Positions 51,009-64,000 of a stretch of 64,000 bases of DNA are shown piece after piece (the stretch's first letter is position 1; every line of letters begins with the position of its first letter). The DNA is taken from contig JAHLTZ010000001.1 in NCBI GenBank assembly GCA_025786725.1, positions 930,001 through 994,000 on the forward strand, written 5' to 3'. The stretch comes from Syncephalis fuscata S228. Taxonomy: Eukaryota > Fungi > Zoopagomycota. The position numbers and the translations under genes are program-made. The notes under the pieces were generated by a model that did no database searches, was not told the DNA's origin, and saw nothing but the letters and a program-made list of their open reading frames with translations.

Positions 51009-53258
51009 TCAGTAAGTGCCAGAAGATGGTGGCGGTGGTGGAGGTGGTGGCGGATAATCCGATGGAGGTGGAGGCGGAGGTGGCGGATAGCCAGATGCAT
51101 CTTGGTGTGTGTATTCTTGACCATAATGACCAGATGCGTAATCAGTAGATGTAGTAGCAGCAGTAGCAGTAGCAGCAGCAGCAGCATTACCACCTTCTCC
51201 ACCTTCAGTATAATTACTATTAGTCTGCCATGGTGCTGCACCTGTACTATTAGATCCATACTGAGTATTAGCCCCACTATTATCACCAGCTTGTCCGTAA
51301 TAGCCGGCATTGGATGCATCATAATAGCCATTATGATTGCCATAATAATCATATTCTCCTAATGAACTGTTAGCATATAATAGTTATTTATTCAGTATTT
51401 ATAGTTACCTTGCTGCTGTTGGTAGTAATAATTTGAACGGTTATTATAATATCCACCATTGCCTCGTTGTTGTTGTTGTTGTTGCCACGGGGGTACTGAA
51501 GAGTTGGCACCACCACTGCTACCTCGTCCACCATAGCCACCATCTTCATAGCGTGAGCCATGACGGCTCTGTGCTGCCCAGGGTGGTGCATTCCCACCGC
51601 CGCCACCACCGCCGCCACCAGAGCCAGGTCCATAGTGGCTCTAATAACAATTATTATTAGTATTATTAGTATTATTTATTGGCATACTATTTATAGCAAA
51701 CTACTTACCGAATTATTAGCACCATTACCACCGGCACCGGCGCCGCCTTCTGTTTGCTCGCCCAATTCAGCCATTAAGCTATAATATTCCGCGTCAAGTT
51801 TCTGGTTCTTTTGCTGGGCATCTGGATTATTGCGATCGCGACAATCACGAGCTGCGTGTCCTGCTCCACCGCAAATGCGGCATACAAGATTGGCTGTGAA
51901 ATTACGCTGTTCAGGACATTCATAGCGTCGATGTCCAACTTGGCCACAGTTAAGACATGGCTGGTTTTCATCATCACGTAGGGTTCCGTTTAGAGAGGCT
52001 AATTCACGCAATTGAGCTCGCTTTAAATCATTTTGTGCTTCTGGGATTGATACAGCCTAGTAAATATCAATTAACAACTATATGAATAGCTATTTGCCAT
52101 ATTATTCATCTACTTACTGTTTCAATAATCTTTTCAATTAATTTTATAGCTTTTGCTACCTTCTCTGGCGCATCAGCTGTTATTAAACAATGCAAATCTT
52201 CTTCAAGTCCATCGCTAGCCGAGGGCACCTTGCCTTCTTTAACACTGCCTTTACCACGAATGCTGATCTTTGCCTTTGATTCCGATTCCATTTTCTTTAG
52301 TGTATTACCACGGGGGCCAATAATAAGGCCAATAAAGTTGATGTCGGGATAGTCGCGCACTGGAATGTATAGCTTTTCAATGGCTTTACGCGGCCGCTGG
52401 TAGTCGACTGGCGGTACAAATTGTGGATCAAGTTTTTGCGCCTGTTGGACTAGCTTGTGGCGTTCATCCTCCAACTTTTTACGATATCTGAATTCACGAG
52501 TATTAATACGCTTGCCATCAGTTCCATAAACTGGCTCCGGTGATGGTGATCTATGCATATATGCATTGTACCAATTGTCATTAGCCTATTTGCCGTTTAT
52601 GCATACAATGTACTTACCGTCTATCTCTAGGAACGTAGTCGCCCGCATTTAGTTTCCGACCAATTTCCTCGAGGCGTACATAGGCTAATACAGTTTAGTT
52701 TAATAAAACCAGTCAAAGTGAAATATGCACAAACATACTTAGAAACAAATCGAGCTTTTCCTTAGGAACTGCTCCAGACAATGCCGTTGGCATGCCCGGT
52801 ACACTTGATTTCTCCTCCGGATCGGCCCATCGGCTTTTACGTTTACGACCGCGGTCATTGTCTAAAACCACAACGGCAAAATGAAAGTCAATATATGCGA
52901 TCCCATCTACCTGCGCTATTAGCAACTACTTACCACTGCCGCCAGTCATATCGGATGGCATAGATCGCTTTCCACCCTCCATTGCTGCCGATTCTCTACC
53001 GGACGAAGACGATCCGTAGCGTGAGCTTGAATGACCGCCTTCATAATCGCGATGCGAGTAGCGATCCCGCGATCGATCAGAACTATGATTTGCATGTACA
53101 CGTGCCATATATCCTTCATGATGTCCACTACTATTACCGTAGGAGGAGCCAGAAGGTGGCGGTGGCGGTGGAGGCGGCGATGATTCCGATTGACCGCCCC
53201 GTGCAAGCCGATTGTATCCCAAAGGGATATTGTTAGTGCCAGTAGCCCCGCGTGACAT
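51009..53258 (-). CDS. MSL5: Branchpoint-bridging protein / splicing factor 1 (BBP/SF1)
   Basis: [24 protein letters not shown]2 [35 protein letters not shown], two CCHC zinc knuckles, Pro-rich tail. Confidence 0.96.
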
Positions 53259-53637
53259 GGCTAATAGCAACAGTCAGCCAAGTAGGTGGCAATCAAATGA
53301 TAGCAATGATAGACTTGAAGCGAACAGAATAGAGAAATATCAATGATAGTAACAGCTATAGATCGCTAAAAGTGTATAAGCGTGTTGAAAAATGAAAAGA
53401 AAAGGATATGTTAAAGCTGTGTGTACGTGTGTGTGTATGTGGGAATTATAATAACTGAATTTAAACAACAATAATAATGTTATAGGTAAAATATGCATAT
53501 ATATATACGTCATATTCCTGTTTTACGAATTATCCAATGACTATCAAGATAGATGCATACACATATCTATGCCATAGTTTATTAATATAGCTATATATCA
53601 GTTAGTTGGTTGGTTAGTTGGCTGATTAGTTGATCAG

Positions 53638-56600
53638 TTAGTCATTCGATAGACAGTGGACATGTTCAGCTTCCATGACCTTGCCCCGACGTAGTCTACA
53701 GCCGCTAAGTGCTCCGGCAAATGGTTTCTTACACGTTCGACATAGAGTGGAGTCAGTTAAAAGGACACCGCCGACTGCATTAATTTGCGTTGCATACTCT
53801 GCTGATGCCTGATAAATAAATAAATAAATAGATGTGGGTGTGTGTGTGTGTTAGTGTATATTGTTTATCGTGTGTAATATTAATCCTATAAATGGCACTT
53901 ACCTTATTTAACTCAGTATGTGCCAAGGCCCGTAAAAGTTGCAGCTCTCGTGAAGCTCCAGTACTTTTACGCACAGCCTGTATTAAAAACCCGGTCATAA
54001 CATCTGCAGACCAATAGTCTGGAATAGATTGTAGTGTCTATCAATACATATATTATTAATAGGTAGTCAAATTAGTATTAAAGTAGCACCACATACATCA
54101 ATAGCATCGAGTGACTGACTAAAACAAGTTAATAGACGTGTTACATTTAATTCTTGTTGACTAATCATTCATTCATTCATCAATCCATCAATCAATATTA
54201 GCCTATATATATATACACCAATATTAATACAATATCTATTTAATACTTACGGGTGTGGTTGATGCAGATAAATATTTAATAGACTGGTAAACATTGTTTG
54301 GTGTAGTCCACTATCAGATGGCAATTGCAATTCATTGGGATGAAGACGAAACGAGCCACCACAATAACAAAACAGCTCTGCACCTACACAGTCATCCAGC
54401 TTATCCACAAGTAAATGAAGAGCCTCTTTAAATCGATCCAACTACAATCATCAATGCATTAATATAGCCATATGTATTATACAGCATTTTAAACAACAAT
54501 GTACACTTACTTTGCCTAATACAACACATAGTTCAATGCTACAAAGCTCGATACGTTTCAATGAATTCATAACGGTTTCTGGATTGTACAATGTTGATGT
54601 TTCAAGGAACTGCAGTAATCGAGAGCGTAACTGAGAAGATGACGTTGTTTGTTGTCGTAGAAAAGCGGCGAAATAAATCTTGGCATCCGTAGATTGTGCC
54701 AATTTAAAATCATTAACTAGAATAGATCAATATAAGTATTTTATAGCAATTCAGTAGTAATAGCTGGCCATTGATACTTACATAAAGCAGCTTCATCAGA
54801 CGGAGTCCATGATTCACCCAATCGTTCAATGTAAATATCTGCCAATGCATCATGATGTATTGGATCGGCTGTATGCCGTGTTATTACTAAATGCTCAAGA
54901 AAATCTATTAAACCAGTAGGTCCATACTGGCGCACCATCGATAACATTGACTGATCATTCAATGGACAGTCGGGCATTGCTTGTAGCTGACATAGCATCT
55001 AAATACAATAGATTAATATACAGTATATTTCAAATAACAACTATACACTACTTACTTTAATAGCCATGTCTGTATCTTTTGATAGAATCCATGGTGTAAA
55101 TGTCTGTAATAAAGAAACATCTTTTGTTTCCAATAGAGTCTCTGTACACTCTTGTAGACCACCAAATGCACCATCACTCAATTCTCCATCCACCATTCTA
55201 AATAACCATAACATTGCGTATAATAAATAACCATCCTATTCAATTGATACAACTATAATTACCGTTGCCAGAGAATCATTGCATCATAAAGTCGATGCTG
55301 TGATTTATACAATAAAGATAGTGCATAATGTTGCTATAATAATATATAATAAAGTGAATGCGTCAATAGGTCATTAATTTAATTATGTAGCTAGTTAACT
55401 ATTTACCTGTCGCTCTTCTAACCAACGCTCACATCCATCCACCTGACAACTGTTTTCCCCTCTTAACAGGTTCAATAAACCTTGTTGATCCAATTCTGTG
55501 TACAATCTTAATAAAAGTGTGTCCAAATCCTGTGTTGACATTAATATTGATTAATAAATAGCCTATCTATTTTATATTAACAATAGTCATCTACCTCACT
55601 AAATTCACCTGATGGTACATGGTTACTTTCTTTACAAAGTCTAAGATAGCGAAGTAGCATATCATAGGCGTTATTAATATATTGTTTTTCCAACACTTCA
55701 TCATCATCACTGCCAAATGTCTTTAATTGCTTATGTACTAGATATGCCATTATAATGATTAACACTATACTTAATATAATAGTAATTCTTACCAATTTGA
55801 TGTATATTATCGAGTAATTGAACATAATGGTGTATATCCTGTTCCATTGGCACATCGTAATGGCGTATACCTAGTGTTGGAAAGAAATTGACCATTAATC
55901 GAGGATCCAATTCACCTTTACGGAAATAGGCAAGCGCATCATCAAATAGCGTTTCCCTTAAGCAAATAAGACCGGCTTTACGATAGATATATAACAGTCC
56001 CATCGACTAGTATAACGATTAATAGCTAGTAGGCTAATAGGGTAATTGTAACTACCTTGACATCATTCTCTGTCTCATGGTTGGCCAAATAGCGTTCCAA
56101 TGTAAGAATGGCCTCTTCAACTTGATTGTTATCCAAATAGTAGTCCACCTATGTGGTTTTGTTGTTCTATTAGTTGCATTTAAAGTAAATACTGGGTAAT
56201 CTACTTACTCGTTCAACAATCGACTCAGTCACTAGTGCAGTTACGGCGTCTGGACCAACAAAGAATAGACGTTCACAGGTCGATGCCGCATCGAGCGTAT
56301 TGATATCTGGACGTGATAGTTTCTGTGCCAGACTAGAATGGCTCATAATCATGCCTGGTGTAAGAATAAGACTACGGGGCTGTGATAACTTGGTATCAAT
56401 CATTTGTATAAGCTTTTGACTCTCCAAATGATGTACAGTAATGGTATAGTTGCGTAAAAGCGTTAGTATATAAGGTGCCGAATGAACTATGATAGCCATT
56501 AATTAAATAGTATCAATAATATTGGTGACTTCCTACCAATGGATCGTGGGTGGCTTGTCCATTCTAATGTGCCACGTGTAGGTTCACCGCTACTGGAAAC

Positions 56601-57849
56601 AAAAATGCCTAAACTGGAATGTAAACATTAAAGGTTAAAGGTGTACATAGACAGTATTAATGTTATATAGTTCATTATAAAGGATATTAATAGAGGGTGT
56701 AACACTAGTTAGTAGGTATTCCGAGTCACCAATGGCTATAATGAGCGGCTTAATCGCTCCTGATAGACTACGATTCGATGCTTCTCTTGATGGTGGTGAC
56801 TGGTTGACGGGCATAATTGACGTCGATCTACCGAGTTCCATATCAAGCAGTGAATAGTCGTTGTTATCGGCATAACAGATAGTATTGCCAGCCATACATA
56901 GAGTCGATACGGTGTCTGCCAAAGTGAATTCCTATAAACGTGTTAATTCATTATCTACAATAGCAGTATCTTTTAGATGTCGATTAGCAACATACTTTGA
57001 CCATAACAAGGTCCATTGAAAGTCGGTAAAGTTGAATAGAGCGTCGTTTTGTCACACAGATCCGTACAGTGTTACGAGGACTGCCCAAAGCTGGAGAATT
57101 CAATGGATCGACATAAAAGCTAGTAACTCCCTTAAGTGACGATATAACCTCTGAGGGAAAGACGGTCAAGTTTGGTAAAGAATAAAAGGATAAAGCCGAG
57201 TCTATTTTATAGTAAAGTGGATCAGTAATGTTAATTAATTACGAATGAATTAATCAATTAATTTACCGCAAAATACAATTAATTTACGTAAATGAGGCAA
57301 TGCTACTAATCGTTCAATCCGTCGATTGGATCCCACATTACATCGTTGGACAATTTGCGATCGAGGCAGGACTGTGTTTGCCTGTATAAATAGCAAATAT
57401 ATTAGTTAATAGGCCAATGTAGCGACAAGTAGTGGTGGTGACCATAAGTTGTAGTCCATTACCTTATTGCCAACCTCAACCCGTTCACCGATCATCACTT
57501 GAACGATACAGCCATCGGATGTACCAAGAAATATTGTATTTTCTAATATTGACACGATATGGCTATTATTAGATGGCTATTCTTATAACTATAGAGATAG
57601 ATGTATGTATATAGGCATGCATATAGATGTGTATGCATTTTTGTATCTATGCCGACCAACCAGTCACCTACCTAGTACTTCGGCACATTCTACCGTTGGT
57701 TTTAGTGCCGGATTGGCCGACGGTGAGCGTGATAGACTACCCAGGCGTCGTTGTATAGATCCCTCTGAAATAGTTGGTCGTTGAGGCACACTACTCTCCA
57801 ACTGAAGACCAGCAATTAGAGGACGCTGATGAAATAGAGGACGCTCCAT
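53638..57849 (-). CDS. Vps39/TGFBRAP1(Vps3)-family CNH-domain tethering-complex subunit (many exons)
   Basis: IFLGTSDG, GEPTRGTLEW, GELDPRLMVNFFP, LLQFLETSTLY, EALHLLVDKLDD, C-terminal CRTC..HVHC zinc motif. Confidence 0.85.
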
Positions 57850-58335
57850 GTCGACACTTTCTAGAGATGGTTATTATGTATATATATCCAAGTGCCATCA
57901 ATAGTGAATTCCAACAATGACAATAGCGTCAAATGTCTATATTAATTACCTATACAACTAGAAATGCATGCAATCACGTAGGAGTGTCGTTGTCGTTGTC
58001 GTTGTTTTACTTTAGATAGAAGCACGCCAATTAACAATAGTTGCGTGTGTTGTATTTAGCGTTGTGTAGTGAGGACAATAAGGAAAACTCATATAAATAC
58101 TGGTATAATTGCAATTGTTTTGATTATTATTAAATATTAATGTTATTTACTATAAACATTTTAATTCACTTTTATAATATAACTACTCGTATAATTATTA
58201 GTTGTATCATCCATTTGTGGTGTTACCAACGCTTTAACTTGTCTCATCTCACTATTCACTTATTATTGTCGTTTCTCTTTCGTGTGTCTGTGTACGCTCT
58301 TTTCATCATCTCGACTGTTATATAATATTGTTGTT

Positions 58336-60604
58336 ATGGCAAAGTCGGAAGACACATATGCTGATGCGGCAGTGGCACGTCTAAAGGAAATGCTGCGTCA
58401 TCCAGACGATTTGGAGATTAAAGTTAATATTTTACGTCGCCGCTTACTACAAGAGAAGGCGACTATTGATGCTCAGCTTAAAAACGGCGCACAAACGCAC
58501 TTTGATGGCGTACAGCGCGGCCTTGCATTACTACGGAAGCAACGGAGCGGTCAGATGCTTTACAACGTCAGTTGCGAACGGCATCAGGACAGCGATTTGG
58601 TACACAAGAACTTGCAGAACATTATGATGCAATTAACCAGGCAAGTTGTTGAAACTATACATACTGCTGTGGCTATTGTAGCATTTTACTTACAGCTAGA
58701 TTGCATGTAGATCTCACGAGTACACGAAAATATGAATAAAACAAAACAGCTAGTTGAAAAGTTTAAAGTATTGGATGCACAGCTATCAGATGCATCTAAT
58801 TTATTTCAAGAAATTAATCGTAGAGGTGAAGTAACTGGACCGGATATTTTACAGCTTCATTATCGTGTTTCACGTCTCGAAGCATTTCGTGACTCTGTAA
58901 TGCGCGATAGTCAATTTGTATCGAGGGATACACTTCGGGCTTTACAACATGCATTTGAAAGTTTGGATGGCTTATGTGAAGATTTTGCTCAATTCTTTTG
59001 GGCCATTGCTGCTAATTTGCTAGACTATGCAGCTAACGAAGATGGTGCAGTGATTGTTAGCTTAGCAAAGGTTGTTGAGGCTGAGGAAGCGGCCGATGAG
59101 AAAGCTTATGAATTATGGAAGTGTGAACAACCGGAACCAGAGCCAAATCCAGCTGATGGTCCAGCACCTAAAGCATGGCGTGAAATGCTATTTAATGTAC
59201 TTAGAGAACAAGTGGTCAATCAGTATGCACGTTGGGAGGAAAGATTTGCCGATGATCCTTTTGGTGCACTTGAGGAAACTGATTTTATTCTTGATGATCT
59301 TTCGCTTGTATTTGATGTTGTGGTACCGCGATTCCCTAAGAAATACAAGATATTTCCGTTTTTACACTTGAATATCACCAGCAATTGGCTAAGCAGTTGA
59401 CACGTGTGGCCTCGTTAGATTTGGATGCTGGTCAAATTCTACGACTACTACGTTGGACGCGCGAGTACTATGCCAATATGAAGAAGCAACTTGGTATTAC
59501 TGAAAAAGTATTACAGCCAAACTACTTGATGGCCATGAAGATACGTTAATTAAAGACTATCTTCGATTGGTACGGGCTAAGCTTGACGAATGGATGTACA
59601 ATTTGGTGAAGGCTGGCTCAAAGGACTTTTCGGACCGTGCTACAGAGCCAGAAGTCGATATGGACGGCACTTATGGCATTGGTGCATCGGTTATTATATT
59701 TCAAATGATTAATGAGCAGATTGAAGTGGCCACTGAATCAAATCGTGGTAATATTCTAGCTGATGTAGCAGTCGAATGTGCCGGTGCTTTGCGTACAACA
59801 CAAGAAGCATGGTCCAAATTAATGGCCAAGGAACTGAAACGACAAATGAACGATAACGATGCACCACCTGGTCTTGTCGAATATATGATGGCACTTTCCA
59901 ATGAACAGTTACGCTGTGTAGAATTCTGTGAATCAATTACCGAACGATCATCAGGTATGGTCAATGCGAAATACGCAGAGCGTATTGGTGTGTCGATGGA
60001 AAATGCATTGACCGGCTTTCTTAATGTTGGTAAATTTGGCGTCGACTGTCTAATTGATATAATGCATCATGATCTTAACCCGCTACTTGATCAGTTATTC
60101 TGTACTGACTGGTACCAAGAAGATTTATGTGGTACACTTATTGAAACATTACGTGATTATTGTAGCGATTTCCGTGCTCATATGAAAGAATATCTATTCA
60201 ATAATTTAATGGATAAAACACTTGATCGCTTTTTGGCCGAATATCTACGCGGACCACGCAATAAAGAAGCAGTACTGCATATGCCAGAGATGGACGACCG
60301 TATACAGGACGATCTTAGTAGAATATATGACTTTTTCAGCGAATATTTCGACCATGAACGTATGAGCGAGTCATTTATGCCTATCGATGCACTACGTCTA
60401 TTTATAACGGCGCCACCCGAACAAATGGCTGAAGAGTTTATTCAACTACGCAACGGCTTCCCCGATACGCCTAACTGGCTACCCGAAAAGATTCTGGCCA
60501 AACGAGATGATATTGAAAAGGCACAAGCCAAAGAAATCATGGATACGATTAAAAAGACTGTTGGCAAGCCATCAGAAGAAATTACGACCGTTTTGGCCGA
60601 ATGA
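58336..60604 (+). CDS. SEC6: Exocyst complex component Sec6
   Basis: MLRHPDDLE.K, EKATIDAQLK, VVPRFPKKYKIF, KLDEWMYNL, IFQMINEQI, PPGLVEYMMALSNEQ; one intron 58641-58710; a few 1-nt deletions. Confidence 0.94.
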
Positions 60605-60689
60605 AAAAGAAGTAGTTGCGACCATTAAGTTGTATAATAAATTATATAATAAATCTTCATAAGTTAATAAATAGTTTATTAATATTTAA

Positions 60690-60870
60690 TGTGATTTGGT
60701 GTTAAATGATTATATTTGTCAATATTCAACCAATCCAAATCCAAATATACTTTTTATTAAATATGGAACTAGATGAATGACGTCAGTCATCAGGTACTCA
60801 TTATCATAGATTTATTATCCAATACACACATATTCTCTATTTATCTATATCATTCCTACCGCATGCTCAT
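60690..60870 (+). repeat. Solo diverged arm of the long-TIR family
   Basis: gatttggtgttaaatgatta..tgacgtcagtcatcaggtactcattatcatagatttattatccaatacacacatat. Confidence 0.65.
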
Positions 60871-62959
60871 ACTATCCTATATCAGTTATAATACACTGGC
60901 TACACCATATTTTATAGGTTTCAAACAAATATAGACCGATGAGTGGAATGAGTTGAAATTAGGTACAGGTTGTTGAGAATAGAACTAGAAATAAACAAAC
61001 TACAGTTGCGAGTAAACATCAAATAGTAGTTAGTAGAATGGATATTCAATGGAAAGAGTATAAACAACGTTGATATAGCTGTAGTACATGGAGCGCAATG
61101 AGTAGATTGCGTAAAGTACATTGCAACATATAGCAAATATAGATGCTGTTATTACTGTTTATTGAAGCATGCTCATTACTAACCAACTATCTATCTTTAA
61201 TAAACATGTAATTTACTATATTTGAGTACGGTATGGCAAAAGTAACAGTGTACAGCGATAGTAGTGTTAGCTAGTTTATGCATCCTAGATTACTATGCAT
61301 AAGCAATAGGTAGCGGAAGCTGTAACACTATGACTTGTTTTGTTAAATAAAGTCAGCCATGTTATGCTTATTTTCTAAAGTCTTTTGTCACTTTTTACTT
61401 AATCGTGCTATCATGTATTTCTATTGTATTTGATTATTCTATTTTCAATTGCTATAAATTATACATGACATAGTTTAAATTTGTTCTAAACTGTTTATCA
61501 AAATAACTATGAGATACAGTTTATTTGTTTTTTGCACATATAACAGTTCTGAGGCATGATGATCAGATTTTTTGGGCTACCATCTGGATCGCGCATAAAC
61601 ATTTGGGCGACAATGTTAGTAGAGTCGTATGAGTAAGCTATTCCTACGCGTAGCTGTCGGAGATCAAATCTGGTTAAAGACACCGACGAGTTAAGAATAA
61701 GCCCCACCAGCACAAATCGCCTTTTTCGTATAATAAAAAATTCAAGTTACAATAAAGTAGTCTAATACGAAAAAGACGATGCAGCAAGACTGGTGGGCCT
61801 TGTTCTTAAGATAATCGGGAGAGACAGATTTGCCAACTGGCAGCATAAGGAAAGCTTACAAGTACAGCTCTACGAAGCATTGTCGCCCTTTTCTAAAAAT
61901 GCAAAAACAATTGTCATGTCTATGTTATTTTATATTTTGCATGATATTTTGCTTAATATTAATATGCTAATACACTTCACTGGTAGCATGCCACGTCATT
62001 TAATACATTTACTTGCATTATTGTTAATTAAACAGTAGTATATTAATTATTGTGTATTGCTGAAGTATTTATCGGTGTGGCTATAGTTATATTGTGCCGA
62101 CCAATAAACGTCCACCAATCAAGTAGCTGATGATAGTATTATCAACACGCAACATACCTCAGTATCGAAATAGCCGATCAGTTATTCCTTAATAAAATAC
62201 CAATTTCTATTCTTACTTTCGTTTACTGTGTTGAAAGATGATTGTTAGAATGAGCAGTGTGTTTATAAATTACGCTGCCCCAACGACTATATAAATAACC
62301 TATTTTGGTATCAAGGCTATAATAATATCGTCTTTTTTGATTATTTCATCACTTAACACAATAGCTGTACTCTTGGTTTTTCAATTGCTACTGAAAACAT
62401 AAGAGTAGCTGTCTGCTACTACGGTGCTACCTAAGTACGCGTTACAAGTGCAACTGACTAATCATTCATATAGCTTCCACACCTACACCATCTTTTTCTC
62501 TGCTCTTAAAGTGTTGCAGCCGTATACAGTAGCAAATAATAAATTGTCTATCATGCTTCAAAGGCAACTGTTGCTATACAAGAGCAGATAAACTTTACCA
62601 TATAACTTATTTTGATACGCACTACTTTTTAATTAACAGATACTATTTTTATTTATGTATAAAGCAGCTTCTATTGTCACTATTTTATTTGTAGTAGCAA
62701 TATTCTAATATATCCAACCGTATTGTATAGTTAATCGTTTAGTTATTTACGTATTTATTTATACTTGCTTAGTTATATACGATACATTTGCCCATGCACT
62801 ATACATAACTATTTATTTATATAGTACTACTGTTTTATTATGTCGTACAGCTCAATTGTATATATAGCTGCGTAATGTAGCCATTTACCATTTTATTAGC
62901 CTATGTAATAATTTATCGATACAATTATTTTGTTGTGTTATATATAGTTGTCCAATTAC

Positions 62960-63860
62960 ATCGTATATATTTGATCTTCTTTATTTTTACCTGTATTTTA
63001 TTAACAAAATAGTGTAATTTAAAGGCTAAATGATTACATTCGATATCATTTGCGTAGTTAAACTACACATTTGTACTATTGAACATGGCACTGGGTAGTG
63101 AGCGACAGCAGTCAGTAAAATACTCATCATCATAGATTCATTATCCAGTACGCATATAGCATTTATTCATATAAATTATCCCCATTATATACCCCATACT
63201 ATCATAGATCATTTTATTAATGCTGGAAGCCTTTTAATTTTTATTTGTTCTAATAAGTTTTGTACATTTCACTTATTGAATTATATACACAATAAATTCA
63301 ACGCCAATTATCACACTTTTTCAACTGTATGCTCACTATGTTGTATATCGTTTTATATTTGCATAGCTTTGTTTGGCCCAAAGCTGTTTTCCTCTTATTC
63401 TGGTTATATTCCTAATAAAATTGTATATATTTATACATTTTATTGATTTGTTCTATGCAAGCTACGGGTTGTTCAGAACCGTTGTTCGTTTAATTATAGC
63501 CATATTATTAATAAATAGCAACCTATTGAACCCATTAAAATATATGTACTTAAAGCTATAGCAAGTAAAATGTATTTGATAAGCGTGAAATAATATATAA
63601 TAATATAAAGATATAATGGTACTTATATCAATTTATAAAGTATGTGTGTGTGCAGGGCAATGTTAATAATGATAAGTATATGGTTATTATTTCAATGGTG
63701 CCATTTACCACCCGGCTTAATATTTAATAAAATAAACGTTTAGTTCAAATTGCGCAAATGTTATTAGTTTTAGCCATTTGACCACCAAACCATATTAGAC
63801 TGCTAATAGACTGTTTAATATTAGCGTAATAATAACAGTGTAATAAATAAAACAAGAACT
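62960..63860. mobile_element. Long-TIR element, copy C
   Basis: Left arm 63020-63160 (tactattgaacatgg..gggtagtgagcgaca..tactcatcatcatagattcattatccagtacgcatat); inverted arm ~63640-63800 (tagttcaaattgcgcaaatgttatt..catttgaccaccaaaccatatt). Confidence 0.75.
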
Positions 63861-64000
63861 GAATTGCTGCTACTACTGTCAAAGTGATTGGTGTTACGCA
63901 TTTGTATTGAGCATAATTTATTTGATAAGCTGATAGCTGCAAAAAAAAGTTAATTGGTAAGAATCAAGGACTCATAAAGTATCAAAAGTTTACAATAAAC

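Noticed and set aside
50957-51784. Multiple overlapping ORFs
   Set aside because: Shadow frames of the Pro/Tyr/Gln-rich BBP C-terminus
1-64000. tRNA, rRNA, TPP riboswitch, SECIS or TGA-CTA readthrough PTS1 signals
   Set aside because: No recognisable consensus found by eye; a covariance-model scan would be needed to exclude them

Overview
Eukaryotic, AT-rich, intron-dense fungal DNA with short (~50-80 nt) introns. Gene content and style suggest an early-diverging fungus, possibly a Zoopagales mycoparasite such as Syncephalis; this is inference, not verified. Two housekeeping blocks contain an RraA/HMG aldolase, a KHA1-type K+/H+ antiporter, PheRS beta, ornithine aminotransferase, a UPF0658-like membrane protein, a peroxisomal SDR, a thiol/halide methyltransferase, an ABCC transporter, adrenodoxin reductase, a USP, a GH47 mannosidase, BBP/SF1, a Vps39/TGFBRAP1-family protein and SEC6. 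Between them lies a ~13 kb gene-poor accessory island (~37.7-50.9 kb). It holds two paralogous small secreted peptide genes, two protein-kinase relics (one with a signal-peptide-like N-terminus), paired copies of a long-TIR foldback element family that recurs across the window, and two other palindromic elements. Three introns require GC-AG splicing. Many genes, including essential ones, carry single-base frameshifts in short homopolymers, most likely assembly errors, so pseudogene calls are cautious. No tRNA, rRNA or CRISPR was seen. Repeat boundaries are approximate (by eye).
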